64,000 nucleotides of DNA from the human T2T-CHM13v2.0 reference genome, Homo sapiens. Position 1 is the stretch's first letter; each line of letters begins with the position of its first letter. Below the pieces are notes generated by a model. That model was not told the DNA's origin and did no database searches. It saw only the letters and a list, made by a program, of their open reading frames with translations. Position numbers and translations under genes: made by a program. Positions 40,068-52,987 of the stretch are shown piece by piece. Location of the stretch: the NCBI RefSeq assembly GCF_009914755.1, contig NC_060947.1. One strand, 5' to 3'.

Positions 40068-40712
40068 AAAAACTAAAAGAAAACCAAACTCTGTAAAGTA
40101 TTTCAAAGAAGTTTATTCTGAGCCAATATGAGTGACCATGGTCCAGGGAGAAAACAAACCCAAAAAGCCTAGAGTAGTGGTCTTGAAGTGGTCAGACTGC
40201 AATTCTGTTTTATACATTCTAGGGAAGGGAAGCAGAAGTTACAGACAAAGTCATAAATCCATACATGGAGGTTATATATAGGTGAGTTCACAGATTTCTT
40301 AATTCACAATTGGTTAAAGGAACAAAGCTTTGTCTAAAAACTTGAAGTCAGCAGACAGGAATGTTTGAGTAAAGATAAGGAAATCTATTAGTCATCCTAT
40401 GATATTATGCCAGAGTCAAGTTGTGAAAGCAAAACAGTAAAATGAGTCAGAGTGGCCTCTAGGGGATACCTGACTACACACGTGCCTGGTATGACCCTAG
40501 GTCCTGTTTATAATTTGGTATCCTGTTTCCACGAAGAACCTGTTCTGTTCTATCAGTCTTATGATCTTTATTTTAACATTAATGCTGAGCAGTTGTTGTG
40601 TCTGAACTGCAAAAGGTAGGGGGTATAATATATATCTAACTTCCTGTCCCATCATAGCCAGGAACTCAATTTTAAGGTTTTTCTGGGGTCCTCTTGGCAA
40701 AGAGGGGATTGT
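40068..40712 (-). mobile_element. MER4(D/E)-like ERV1 LTR, 5'-truncated
   Basis: Reverse strand reads 'ttgccaagaggaccccagaaaaaccttaaaattgagttcctggctatgatggga...cagcattaatgttaaaataaagatcataagactg'. Confidence 0.8.
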
Positions 40713-43700
40713 GCAAAAGCAATTCTACAAGGGCAATTTACAGCAATAAATGCCTATATCTATAAAGTAGAAAGATCTCAGATGAAAAATACAACATTGC
40801 ACCTCAATAAACTTGATAAAAAGAACACAGAAAACCAAAAAGTAGTAGATGGAAAGATATAATAAAGATCAGAGCAGCAAAAAATAAAATGGAAATAAAA
40901 AACAATAACAACATCAAAAAAGATCAATGAAATGAAGATTTTTTTTTTGAAAAGAAAATCAACATTGACAAACTTTTACTTTACTAACAGAGAAAAAAAT
41001 GACTCAAATAAAATCAAAGATGAGAAAGAAAATATTACAACTGATACTAGATATAAAAAGATTAGAAGAGAATATTATGATCATTGACAGATATGCCAAA
41101 AAATTTTAAAACCTATAATAAATGAATAAGTTACTGAACACATAAAACCTACAAAGAGTGAATCATAATTAAATAGAAACCCAAACAGACCAGTGGCAAG
41201 TAACAACATTGAATCAGTAATAACAAGTCTCTCATCAAAGAAAAGCCCAGGTCCTGATGCGTTCACTGCTGAATTCTACAACACATTTAAAAAAACTAAC
41301 ACCATTTCTTCTCAAGCTATGCCAAAAAAAAATAATAATAATGAATAGGAGGAAATTCTTTCTAACTTATTATCTGAGGTCAGCATTACCCTGATATCAA
41401 AACCAGACAAGGACACAACAAAAAAAGAGAAAACTACTGGAAAATATTCTTGATAAACAGAAAAACAAAATATTCAACAAAATAATAGCAAACTGAATCC
41501 AGCAGTGCATTAAAAATATCATTCATCATATGTGAATTCATCTCAGGGATGAAATAATTGTTCAACATACACTTCATAATACAAACCCTCAACATATTAA
41601 TTATAGAATAAATATACCTCAAAACAATAAAAGCAATATGTAACAAACCAACAACTAATGTCATACTGAACAGGGTAAAGCTGAAAGCTTTTTCTTTAGT
41701 ATCTATAATAAGACAAGGGTTCCCACTTTCACCACTGTTATTGAACATAGTTCTGGAAGTCCTAGCCAGAGCAATAAGGCAAGAGAAAGGAATAAGGGGT
41801 ATCCAAGTTTAAAGGGAGGAAATTAAATTGTCCTTGTTTGCATACAACATGTTGTCATGTATAAAAAATTCTAATGATTCCTTCAAAAACTATTAGAATT
41901 AATAAATTTACTAAAGTTGCAGAATTTAAAATTAATAACTGAAATCAGTAACATTTCTATACACTAATAGCAAACTATCTGAAATAAAGTCAGAAAGACA
42001 ATCCCATTTATAACAGTTACAAAAGAAAAAATATCAAGGAATAAATTTAACCAAGGAGAAAAATGTCTCTAAATTAAAACTATAAAACATTGGTGAAAGA
42101 AATTGAAGAAGACACAAATAAGTGGAGGTATTTCACATTTATGGATTAGAAGAATTAATATTTTTAAAACATCTGTACTACCCAAAGCAATCTACAGATT
42201 CCATGTAATCTCTATCAAAATACCAATTACATTCTCCACAGAAATGGAAAAAATCCTAAATTTTGTATAGAACAACAGAAGACCATAAATAGCTAAAGCA
42301 ATACTGAACAAAAGGAACAAAGCTAGAGGTATCATACTATGTGACTTCAAAATATACTACATGTCTGTAATTACCAAAACAGCATGGTGTGGGCATAAAA
42401 AAAGGCATTGATCAACGGAAGAGAATAGCAAACCCACAAAACAAATTCACACTTCTACAACCAGCTGATTTTCAACAAAGGTAACAAGAATACACACTAG
42501 GGAAGGGACAGTTTCCTCAATAAATGGTGCTGGGAAAACTGTGTATTCACATGCAAAAGAAAAAATCTAGAATCGATTACTGTATGCACAAATCAACTGA
42601 AAATGGGTTAAAGACTTACATGTAAGACCTAAGAGTATAAAACTATCAGAAGTAAATATAAAGAAAGTGCTTCCTGACATTGGTCTGGGCAGGAATTTTA
42701 AAAATAAGACTTCAAAAGCACAGTCAACAAAAGGAAAAATAAACAAATGGGATTTCATCAAATTAAAAAGATTCTTCACAGCAAAGGAAACAATAAACAG
42801 AACAAAGAAACAACCTATAGAATGGGGAAAATATTTGTAAACTATGTATCTGACAAGGGGTTAATATCAAGAATATATAAAGTAATCAGGCAAATCAAGA
42901 GCAAATAAGCAAATATTTTGATTTTAAAAATGGGCAAAAGACCTAAACAGTCATTTCTCAAAAAATACATACACATGGCAAACAGTTCTATAACATATAA
43001 AGCTAAATATCACTAATAATCAGAGAAATGCAAATCAAAACCAAAATGCTGTATCATCTCACCCCAGTTAGAATAGAGTATTAGTGCATTTTCACTCTGC
43101 TGATAAAGACATATCTGAGACTGGGAAATTCACAAAAAAAAAAAAAAAGAAAGCAAAAAAAGGGGTTCATTGAACTTACAGTTCCACATGGCTGGGGAGG
43201 CCTCACAATTATGGCAGAAGGCAAGGAGGAGTCAGTCACATCTTATGTGTATGGCAGCAGGCAAAAAGAGAGCTTGTGCAGGGAAATTTTCATTTTTCAA
43301 ACCATCAGAACTCATGAGACTTATTAACTATCCAGAGAACAGCACAAGAATGACCCATCCCCATGATTCAGTTACCTCTCACCAGGTCCCTCCCACAACA
43401 CGTGGGAATTCAAGATGAGATTTGGGTGGGGACACAGCCAAACCATATCATTCTGCCCCTGGCCTCTCCCAAATCTCACGTCCTCACATTTCAAAACCAA
43501 TCATGCCTTCCCAACAGTCCCCCAAAGTCTTAATTCATTTGAGCATTAACTCAAAAGTCCACAATCCAAAGTCTCATCTAAGACAAGGCAAGTCCTTCCA
43601 CCTTTGAGCCTGTAAAATCAAAAGCAGGTTAGTTACTTCCTAGATACAGTGAGCGTACAGCCATTGGGTAAATACAGCCATTTCAAATGAGAGAAACTGG

Positions 43701-46035
43701 CCAAAACAAAAGTGCTACAGGCCCCATGCAAGTCCAGAATCCAGTAGGGCAGTCAAATCTTAAAGCTCCAAAATGATCTCCTTTGACTCCATGTCTCACA
43801 TCCAGGTCATGCTGATGTAAGAGATGAGTTCCCATGGTCTTGGGCAGCTGTGCCCCTGTGGCTTTGTAGAGTACAGCCTCCCTCCCGGCTGCTTTCATGG
43901 GCTAGCATTGAGTGTCTGCAGCTTATACAGGTGCACGGTGCAAGCTGTCAGTGGATCTATCATTCTGGGGTCTGGAGTGTTCTGGGCCTCTTCTCACAGC
44001 TCCACTAGGCAGCACCCCAGTGAGGTGCTCCTACTGTGCTTCTGTGTGGGGGCTCCAACCCCACATTTCTGTTCTGCACTAACCTAGCAGAGGTTCTCCA
44101 TGAGGGCCTTGCCCCTGCAGCAAACTGCCCCAGCATCCAGGCATTTCCATACATCCTCTGAAATCTAAGCAGAGGTTCCCAAACCTTAATTTTTGACTTC
44201 TGTGCACCCACAGGCTCAATACCACATGGAAGCTGCCAAGGCTTGAGACTTCCACCCTCTGAAGCAACAGCCTGAGCTGTACCTTGGCCTCTTTTAGTCA
44301 TGGCTGGAGCAGCTGGGATGCAGGGAACCACATCCCTAGCCTGCACACACAGAGGGACCCTGGGTCCGGCTCAGGAAACCATTTTTTCCTCCTAAACCTC
44401 TGGACCTATGATGGGAGAGGCTGCTGTGAAGACCTCTTACATGCCCTGGAGATATTTTCCCCATTTTCTTGGTGATTAACATTCAGCTCCTTGTCACTTA
44501 TTATGCAAATTTCTGCAGCTGGCTTGAATTTCTCCTCTGAAAATGGGATTTTCTTTTCTATCACATTGTCAGGCTATGAATTTTGCAATCTTTTATGCTT
44601 TGCTTCCCTTATGAAACTGAATGCCTTTGACAGCACCGAAATCACCTCTTGAATGCTTTGCTGCTTATAAATTTTTTCTGCCAGATACCCTAAATAATCT
44701 CTCTCAAGTTCAAAGTTCCACAAATCTCTAGGGCAGGGGCAAAATGCAGCCAGTCTCTTTACTAAAACATAGCAAGAGCCAACTTTACCCCAGCTCCCAA
44801 CAAGTTCCTCATCTCCATCTGAGACCACCTCAGCCTGGACTTTATTGTCCATATTGTTATCAGCATTTGTGACAAAGCCAATTGACAAGTCTCTAGGAAG
44901 TTCCAAACTTTCCCACATTTTTCTGTCTTCTTTGAGCCCTCCAAACTGTTCCAACCTCTGCCTGTTACCCAGTTCCAAAGTTGCTTCCACATTTTCAGGT
45001 ATCTTTTCAGCAGTGCCCCATTCTACTAGTACCAATTTACCATATTAGTCAATTCTCATGCTGCTGATGAAGACGTACCTGAGACTGGGCAATTTACAAA
45101 AGAAAAGGGTTTATTGGACTTACTGTTCTACATGGCTGGGGAGGCCTCACAACCATGGCAGAAGGCAAGGATGAGCCAGTCACATCTTACGTGGATGGCA
45201 GCAGGCAAAAAGAGAGCTTGTGCAGGGAAACTTTCCTTTTTAAAATCATCAGAACTCATGAGACTTATTTAATATCAGGAGAATGGCATGGGAAAGCCCC
45301 GCCCTCATGATTCAATTACCTCCCACCAGGTTCCTCCCCCAACATGTGGGAATTCAAGATGAGATTCGGGTGGGGACACAGCCAAACCATATCAAATGGC
45401 TATTACCAAAATTAACAAAAGAAAACCACAGGCAATGATGTGGATCAAGGAGATCTATCATACACTGTTGGTGGCAATGAAAATTAGTACAGTCTTTATA
45501 AACAACAGTATGGATGTTCCTCAAGAAATCCAAAATAAAGCTACCATAGGACCCACAAATCCTACTACTGGATATATATCCAAAGGTAATGAAGTCAGCC
45601 TAGCAAAGAGATAGCTTACTTCCATGTTTATTGCAGCACTATTCACAAATACCAACATATGGAATTAACCTAAATTTCCATTAATGGATTAATGGATAAA
45701 CAAAAAGTGGCATATATAGACAATTGAACACTATTGGTCCATAAAAAATAATAAACTCCTATCATTTATGACAACATGGATTAGTGTATAGGGCATTATA
45801 TTAAGTGAAATAACCCAGGCACATAAGGGCAAATACCATGTAATTTCATATTTCAAAAAAGACAGAAGAGAGGAAATTAAATGTTTTTACCACAGAGAAA
45901 TAATAAATGTTGAGGTGATAGGTATATTAATTACTCTGATTTGATTATTATACAATGTATAGATGTATCAAAACATCACACTGCACCACATATATATGTA
46001 CAATTATTATACCAATTGAAGATGAAATAAAACAT
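40713..46035 (+). mobile_element. L1MA4-6-like LINE (ORF2 plus 3' UTR), 5'-truncated, interrupted by THE1
   Basis: ORF2 homology ('aaaagcccaggtcctgatgcgttcactgctgaattctac'); L1MA-type 3' end; deletions near 41590 and 45850. Confidence 0.9.
43077..45394 (-). mobile_element. THE1A/B-like MaLR provirus (LTR 43077-43450, internal 43451-45040, LTR 45041-45394)
   Basis: Two LTRs with 'ggcagcaggcaaaaagagagcttgtgcaggg'; TSD aatag/aatgg within L1 'ccagttagaatggct'. Confidence 0.96.
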
Positions 46036-46039
46036 AAAG

Positions 46040-49000
46040 AACAAGATAGAAACATTAAACAACAGAGAAAATTCATAGATCTGGTTATTTAAATCATTTA
46101 GAAGTGAGTAAAACCTCTGATAAAACTGATCAAGATTAAAAAAATAAGATACCAATGAACGTAAAGAAAATGTTAAAAATTTAGAGAAATCACAGAAGTT
46201 AAACTATGTATAATACACAAAAATAGTCATTTTGAAAATAAGATTAATATACTTTTATAAAAACAGAAGCCTTCATAATCAGCAAAAAGTAAATATAAAA
46301 TGTGAATTGTCCTATTAGTATTACAAAATTGTATGACAATGAATAACTTGTCTATCAAAAAATATATTCAGAATAAATGCAAAAATAAAAGAAATCCAAG
46401 TCCATACAATTTCAATGAAAGTTTACAAGCTGTTCCAAAAGACAGAAATTGGTATAAAGACTCCCAACTCATTCCATAAGCCTCATTTAACTGATAATAT
46501 AAATATACAATGACATTTTTAAAAAGCAAATGAGAAATAAGCAAAACCAGAAGACAGACACTTAAAAGTTAAAAAAAACAAAGACCAAAAAAAAAAAATT
46601 CAAAGGTCCCTGATGCCAATGAACACAGATGTGAAAACTATATATTAAATAATACATAACTGAATGCAACATTGAATTAAAATATGTATCTTGATCTACT
46701 CATAATTACCACAATTAAGTGTGACTTTCATCATAAAAATGAATTAATATATGTTATATATTACTGAACCAAAGTATCAGAGCAGCAAGGAAATAATAAA
46801 TATATATGTGTACCTTGGAGATATTGTAGATTTTGTTCCAGATCTCTGAAATAAAGCAAATGTTAAACTTAAGTGAGTCACATGATTGTACTGATTTCCC
46901 AGTGCATATAAAATTTGTGATTACACTATACTATAGTATACTAAGTGGTTAACAGTATTATGTCTAAAAAAATGTTCACACTTTCACTAAAATATACTTT
47001 AAATTATTGATAAAAATGTTAACAATCATCTGAAAATTAACATCATTTTCTGGTGGACAGTCTTGCCTGGATATTGATGGCTGTTGGCTGATTAGGGTAT
47101 TGACTGATGATCGTTGGAGTGGTGGTGGAAATTTCTTAAAATAAGACTAAAATAAATTTTGTCACATCATTAAACTCTGTCTCAAAAATATTTCTCTGTA
47201 GCATGTGTTGCAGTTTTACAGCATTTTACCCATAATAGAACTTCTTTCAAAATTGGAGTGAATCCTCTCAAACCCTAAGTATGTGTGATATTCTGAATCT
47301 CTTATTTCAACAATGTTCACAGGATCATCACCAGGAAGGTTCCATTTCAAGAAACCATTTTCTTTGTTCATTCATAAGAAGTAGATCTTTATCCATTAAA
47401 GTTTAATTATGAGATCTAGCAATTTAGTCACATCTTCAGGTTTCACTTCTAGTTCGATTGCTATTTATACCACATCTGCAGTTACTTCCCCCACTGAAGT
47501 CTTGAACCTTTAAAGTCATCCATAAGGATTGGAATCAATTTATTTCAAACTCCTGCTAAGGTTTATATTTTGACCTTTCCTTATGAAGCACCTTGATCAA
47601 TGGGCTGAAGAACAGATGTTGTGTTAGCAGGCATGAAAGCAACATTAATCTCCTTGTACGTCTCTATCAGAGCTCTTGTGTGACTAGGTTCATTGTTAAT
47701 ACTTTAAAAGAACCTTTTTCTGTGCAGTAGGTCTCAATATTGGCCTTAAAATATTAAGTAAGCCATGCTGTTAACAGATGTGCTGTCAACTAGGCTTTGT
47801 TGTTTCATTTACACAACACAGAAAGAGTAGATTTAGAACAATTTTTAAGAGTCCTAGGATTTTCAGAATGATAAATGAGCATTGACTTTAACTGAAAGTC
47901 ACCAACTGCATCAGCCCCTAATAAGAAAGTCAGCCTGTCTTTTAAGCTTTGAGGCCAGATACTGACATCTCTCTAACTGTGAAAGTGCTAGATGGAATCT
48001 TCCAATATCAGGTTCTTTTGTTTGCATTGAAAATCTATTTTTTATTGTAGCCACCTTCAATAATTACCTTAGCTAGTTCTTCTGGATAACTTGCTGTAGC
48101 TTATACATCAGCACTTGCTGCCTCATCTTGCACTTTTATGTTATGGAGATGGTTTCTTTCATTAAACCCTATGAACCAAAGTACCCTAACTTCAAACTTT
48201 TCTGCTGTAGCTTACTCACCTCTCTCGGCCTTTATAGAACTGAAAAGAGATAGAGTCTTTCTCTTGATTAGGCTTTGGCTTAAGAGAATGTTGTGGCTCA
48301 TTAGATCTTCTATCCAGACCACTAGAACTTTCCCCATATTGACAGTGAGGCTTTTTCACTTTTTTATTATTTGTGTGTTCACTGGAGTAGCACTTTTAAT
48401 TTTTTAAAAACTTTTCCTTTGCAGTCACAATTTTTCTAACTGCCACAAGAGCCCTAGATTTCATCCTAACTGGGCTTTTGACATGCCTTCCTCACTAAAC
48501 TTAATCTTATTTCTAGCTCTTGATTTAAAGTGAGAAACATGTAACTTTTCCTTTCACTTGAACACTTGGAGGCATTTTAAGTTTTATTAATTGGCTTAAT
48601 TTCAATGTTGTTGAATCTCAGGGGACAGGAAGGCCCAAGAAGAGGAAGAGAGGCAGGGGAATGACTGGTCCTTGGAGTAGTCATAACACACAAAACATTG
48701 ATTAATTAAGTTTGCTCTCTTTTATGGGCATGGTTTGTGGCACCTCAAAACAATTGGAACAGAAATATCAAAGATCATTGATCCCAGATCTCTATAATGG
48801 ATATAATAATAATGGAAAATTTGAAATATTATGTGACATACAGATGCAAAATGAGCATACACTGTTGTAAATTTGGCACCAATAGACTTGCTCAATGCAG
48901 GGTTGCCACAAATCATCAATTGTAAAAAAAAAAAAAAAATGCAATACCTGTGAAGTTCAATAAAGTGAAGTGCAATAAAACAAGTCATGCATCTATAATG

Positions 49001-49465
49001 TTTCTAGAGGAAATCATAACAATGAATGCACAGTATTTTAATGTACTAATATTAAAATGCTATTAAAAATTAAAAATTTTTTGGATACATAAAAATGCAA
49101 CTTTTCATGAATGGAATAACTTAGCATGTCAATAATATTTTTCTCTATAATTAATAAATTGCATGTATCTATAAATTGTATTCAATCTCAATTGAATTTC
49201 TAGCCAGAAGATTTAGAAGCCTGACAATTTCAAGATAAAATGAAATGTAAAAATAAAGGTCCATAAATAGCTAGACATCTTTGGAAAAGAAGACCAAATA
49301 ATGGTGTCTTAACTTTCTAGTAAGGTATCATAACACCACAGAATTAAAAACTATATGAAACTGGCAGAGTAATAGAGACTAATAAACATAATAGAGAATT
49401 TTAACGGAAACACTTGAAAGTAGGAAAATAATATATGACAAAAAGAGGTGCCACAAATCTTCATA
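46040..49465 (+). mobile_element. Highly diverged L1 ORF2 remnant hosting Tigger1
   Basis: 'ctcccaactcattccataag' before, and 'ccataaatagctagacatctttggaaaagaag' after, the Tigger1. Confidence 0.6.
46805..48993 (-). mobile_element. Near full-length Tigger1 DNA transposon with dead pogo-family transposase
   Basis: Both degenerate termini present; transposase start on minus at 48575 (MPPSVQV..., frameshifted from consensus MASKCSSERK); deletion near 47590. Confidence 0.93.
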
Positions 49466-49529
49466 TATTTTATATATACATATATATGTATGTATATATA
49501 ATGTAAAGTGATAAAGACCAAACTACACA

Positions 49530-49783
49530 AAAAGACTGATGTCTTCTGCTAACAGCCACATGAGTGAGGTTGGAAATGGACTATCCACCCCAAGTCAAGC
49601 CTTCAGCAACTGCAATCCCTCCCATTCAAAACTTGAATAGAACTTCAGGAGTGACAATGAGCCAGAACCACCCAGCTAAGGCACAGATTTATGAACCTCA
49701 AGCTATATAAGATGACACATACTTATTATTTTAAGCTTCTAAGTTTGGGAGTAATGTGTTACATGGTATACCTAATTTATTAT
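49530..49783 (+). mobile_element. MLT1(E/F)-like LTR 3' half
   Basis: 'aacagccacatgagtgag...ccaagtcaagccttcag...gagccagaaccacccagctaag...taagtttgggagtaatgtgttac'. Confidence 0.8.
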
Positions 49784-49904
49784 ACTGTAGAATGAAATGA
49801 GTATGACTAGCTCAACTTTGCATTTAGTATTCAAATAAGTAAAAAGGAAGAAGTGAAGTACACTCATCCTCCTTCCTCCTCAATTCTCACAGGATAAATA
49901 GTAA

Positions 49905-50125
49905 GCAGAGAAGGAAAGTGGTTAAGAGTGGAACTTTTAAAGTCAGTTTTTGAATTCTGTCTCCACCACTTGCTAACTGTGTAACACTGGGCAAGTAACT
50001 TAGGCTCACTGCCTAAGCAAAATGAGGATAACAGTACCTACCTAGAATGATTGTAATTTGTGAGTTTCAATAGTTTGTTTGCAAAACATTTATAACAGCA
50101 ATAGCACATGGTAAGTATAATATAG
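49905..50125 (+). mobile_element. MIR SINE
   Basis: 'gtggttaagag...tctccaccacttgctaactgtgtaacactgggcaagtaactta...aaaatgaggataacagtacctacc'. Confidence 0.88.
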
Positions 50126-50689
50126 TGGTTTTCTATCTAAAATTAGGTTGGTAACTGAGAGAAAAATATAACATTTCTTTTTAAATCACATACCAGGTTT
50201 CAAAAATGATAAAGTATAACAGTATAAAACAATCCAAGATATAGATTCTTCATATTTTTAATAAGAAATTATGAAATGAAATACTTTTGTTGTTTTTTAA
50301 AAAAATGTCATGTTAAGTTATAGTTTATTGAATTATTACATTTGATATGGTTATACGCCTTAAATATTGGTGGCTATAAATCTGAATGATCTTGAGCACA
50401 AAACAACCATCCTGAATTTCAGGAAAAGAAACCTACAATTGCTATCTGACTCTAAAGGGCAATTACTATAGACAATTTGGCCATTAAAACCTGTAAAAGC
50501 AGCCACGAAAATGACAGGTTTGTGACACTTTATACTTTATTATTGCCATTTCTCTTTGTAGAAGTGAGAAATACCTTTTATAAAATCAACTGGCAAATTT
50601 ATTAATTAATGAGGCATACTATCATTAGATAAATGTGACAATTAAAGATGAACTGTTCTATTTCTTTCAAAATAGAAATATTTGTCTGA

Positions 50690-51385
50690 TACTAAAATTA
50701 ATATATGCTGTTTGTAAATTTTAAAAATCAGATAATTAAGGGAACTATAAAATATAAAAATCACTATTCATCTCATAAGACAGTGCTAGACACTCTGAAC
50801 ATCAGCATGCATATTTGTTCAGGTATTAATCTATGTAAATAGATTTTTTGTTTGTTTTACTTTCAAGTACAGATCATGTACTGCATGGTCTCTTTTCTAA
50901 TAATATAGTTAAGATATTTTCTATATCGGTGCATTTTTAGCACTCAAGAGTAATCTTGATGGCTCTAATATATTAGCTAATTTTATATTCATGGACATTT
51001 ATTCTTTCATTTCTAATTATTTTATATTATAAAACATAGGAAAGAAAATCTTTATGCACATTTGTGAACCTGTAACATTATTTTCTCAGGGACATTTATA
51101 GAGTTGAAACCGTGTCTGTGCTAATTTGTAACAATTTGATGCATAGTTTCCCATAAAAATAATTTCTAATATAATAATCAATGTATTCATTTTCTCCCAA
51201 CTTGCCATTAAAATACCAAAGTTTTTTCATCTTTATAAATCTTATAGGAAAAGTATATTACATTACTTTAATTTATATCTCTTTAATTAATAAAGTTAAA
51301 TAATTTTCATATCTATTGACATTTTCATTTCTTCATTGGTGAACTTCCTTTTAAAGAAATTTGTCTGCTTTTTCTAATGAACTGT
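50690..51385 (-). mobile_element. L1ME-like 3' relic
   Basis: Diverged T-rich sequence such as 'ttcatatctattgacattttcatttcttcattggtgaactt'. Confidence 0.5.
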
Positions 51386-51459
51386 CATTTTAAGTTTTAA
51401 TAGTATTTCAGTTATCGCTTTTATAATATAAATATATGCTCATTAAAAATTTCAGCAAT

Positions 51460-51553
51460 ATTTCCAAGAAAGTAGATTTTAAGTGTTTTCACCACAAAAA
51501 TGACAACTATGTGAGGTAATGCATATGTTAATCAGTTTGATTTAGCCATTCCA

Positions 51554-51584
<31 letters not shown>

Positions 51585-51658
51585 TACATTTCAAAACATC
51601 ATGTTTACATGATACATATACATAAGTTTATCTGTTAATTTAAAAATTAAAATAAAAC
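51460..51658 (+). mobile_element. Short L1MA(6/7)-like 3' end with (TG)n at ~51557-51583
   Basis: 'aagaaagtagattttaagtgttttcaccacaaaaatgacaactatgtgaggtaatgcatatgttaat'. Confidence 0.85.
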
Positions 51659-52296
51659 ATTTCAGGGATAGAGGATGATAAGACAACAAATGTAAAACAC
51701 CCCAAATTTCACCACCTATGCATAGTTATTTCTATCATAAATGAACCATGAACCATCACTCATAATAGCTATTTTCATACATACAGGTAGGTGACTAACA
51801 AGTATCTAGATAGAAATAAGGAGAAATTATGTCACACATGCTATATTTAATTTTATGTGAATTAATTTAGCACAAAGAATCACTTTGCAGGAGTAAATCT
51901 GAAGGTATTGCTAAACTTCAAATAAATGTTTATTCAGAGTGAGAGACATCCATTTAGACAGAATTTACCTGCATTGTTTGTTAAAAAGAATATGGAAAAA
52001 ATTCTAAAAGGTGTAGTTTCTCCTTGTTGCTCATGTATAAAAATATACTTGAGGTTTTAAATTTTGATCTATAACTAGCAATATGTCTAATTATAAATTT
52101 GTTTAAGTTTTTTGGAGTTTTTTAATATTAAAGATGATATAAGAAGATTTAATTATTTAATCCTTAAGCCATTTATTTATATTTGTCTTACTTTACTGCA
52201 CTCACTAAGACCATCCTTATAATGTTGAAATGTAGTTCTCATGGCGGGCCAATCTTTTCTTGCTCCAGATTTTAAAGGAATAGAACTTTCCCCTTT

Positions 52297-52715
52297 TGTG
52301 GCAGAGGCAATGCTATGTATTTATCACATCACAAATCTTTTCTGTTTTACCGTGTACACAGAAAACTATATTTTCAATCACTTTTTGCAGTTAGGTTGAG
52401 GATATGTAACTAGATTCAGGCCATGAAGTATGGGCATATTCAATGTAAAACTCTCCAAGATCTAGCCATTAGAATGATCTCTTGGCCTTTAAGTGATCTC
52501 CACTTGCTTTTCCCTTTTTTGTGATACTGGTGTCTGTAAACTTCAGATGTTAAGGCTATGGGATGGAAGCAGCTTCTATCTCTGAGGTACTACATTGAAA
52601 AGGTGCTGTCCTGAAGAACTGTCAGACCTGAATTAGAATTCACCTAAAAGTGAAATAATGTATAAATCCACAATAATTTGGTACTCATCTATTGTTGAAG
52701 TAAATCTTTTCCTCT
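52297..52715 (+). mobile_element. MLT1(I/J)-like LTR
   Basis: 'tgtggcagag...ttgcagttaggttgaggatatgtaactagattcaggcca...gatggaagcagc'. Confidence 0.65.
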
Positions 52716-52987
52716 TTGAACAGCTAAATTCTATCATCTACAAATCAAATCTGAACAATACACTGTCTATTCTTGTTTGATAAAAGGCTGCATCCATTTC
52801 AATTTATGAAGAATGTTTAATTTTATCAAATACACATTTTCTCATCTATCAAGATGATTATATTAATCTTTCAATTTGTTAATGTTTTGAATTGAATAAC
52901 TAGAGTTTCTAACATTAAATCAGACTTTCATTCCCAAGATAAATGCAACTTGATAATGTATGGTCATTTTTATTAAGTGATGGATCT

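Noticed and set aside
33424-45399. Similar TSDs (aatgc/t, aata/gg) at both THE1 insertions as target specificity
   Set aside because: Only two events with 5-bp AT-rich words; compatible with chance
46805-48993. Domesticated TIGD/CENP-B-like transposase gene
   Set aside because: The transposase frame is broken from the start, has an internal deletion and yields no long minus-strand ORF
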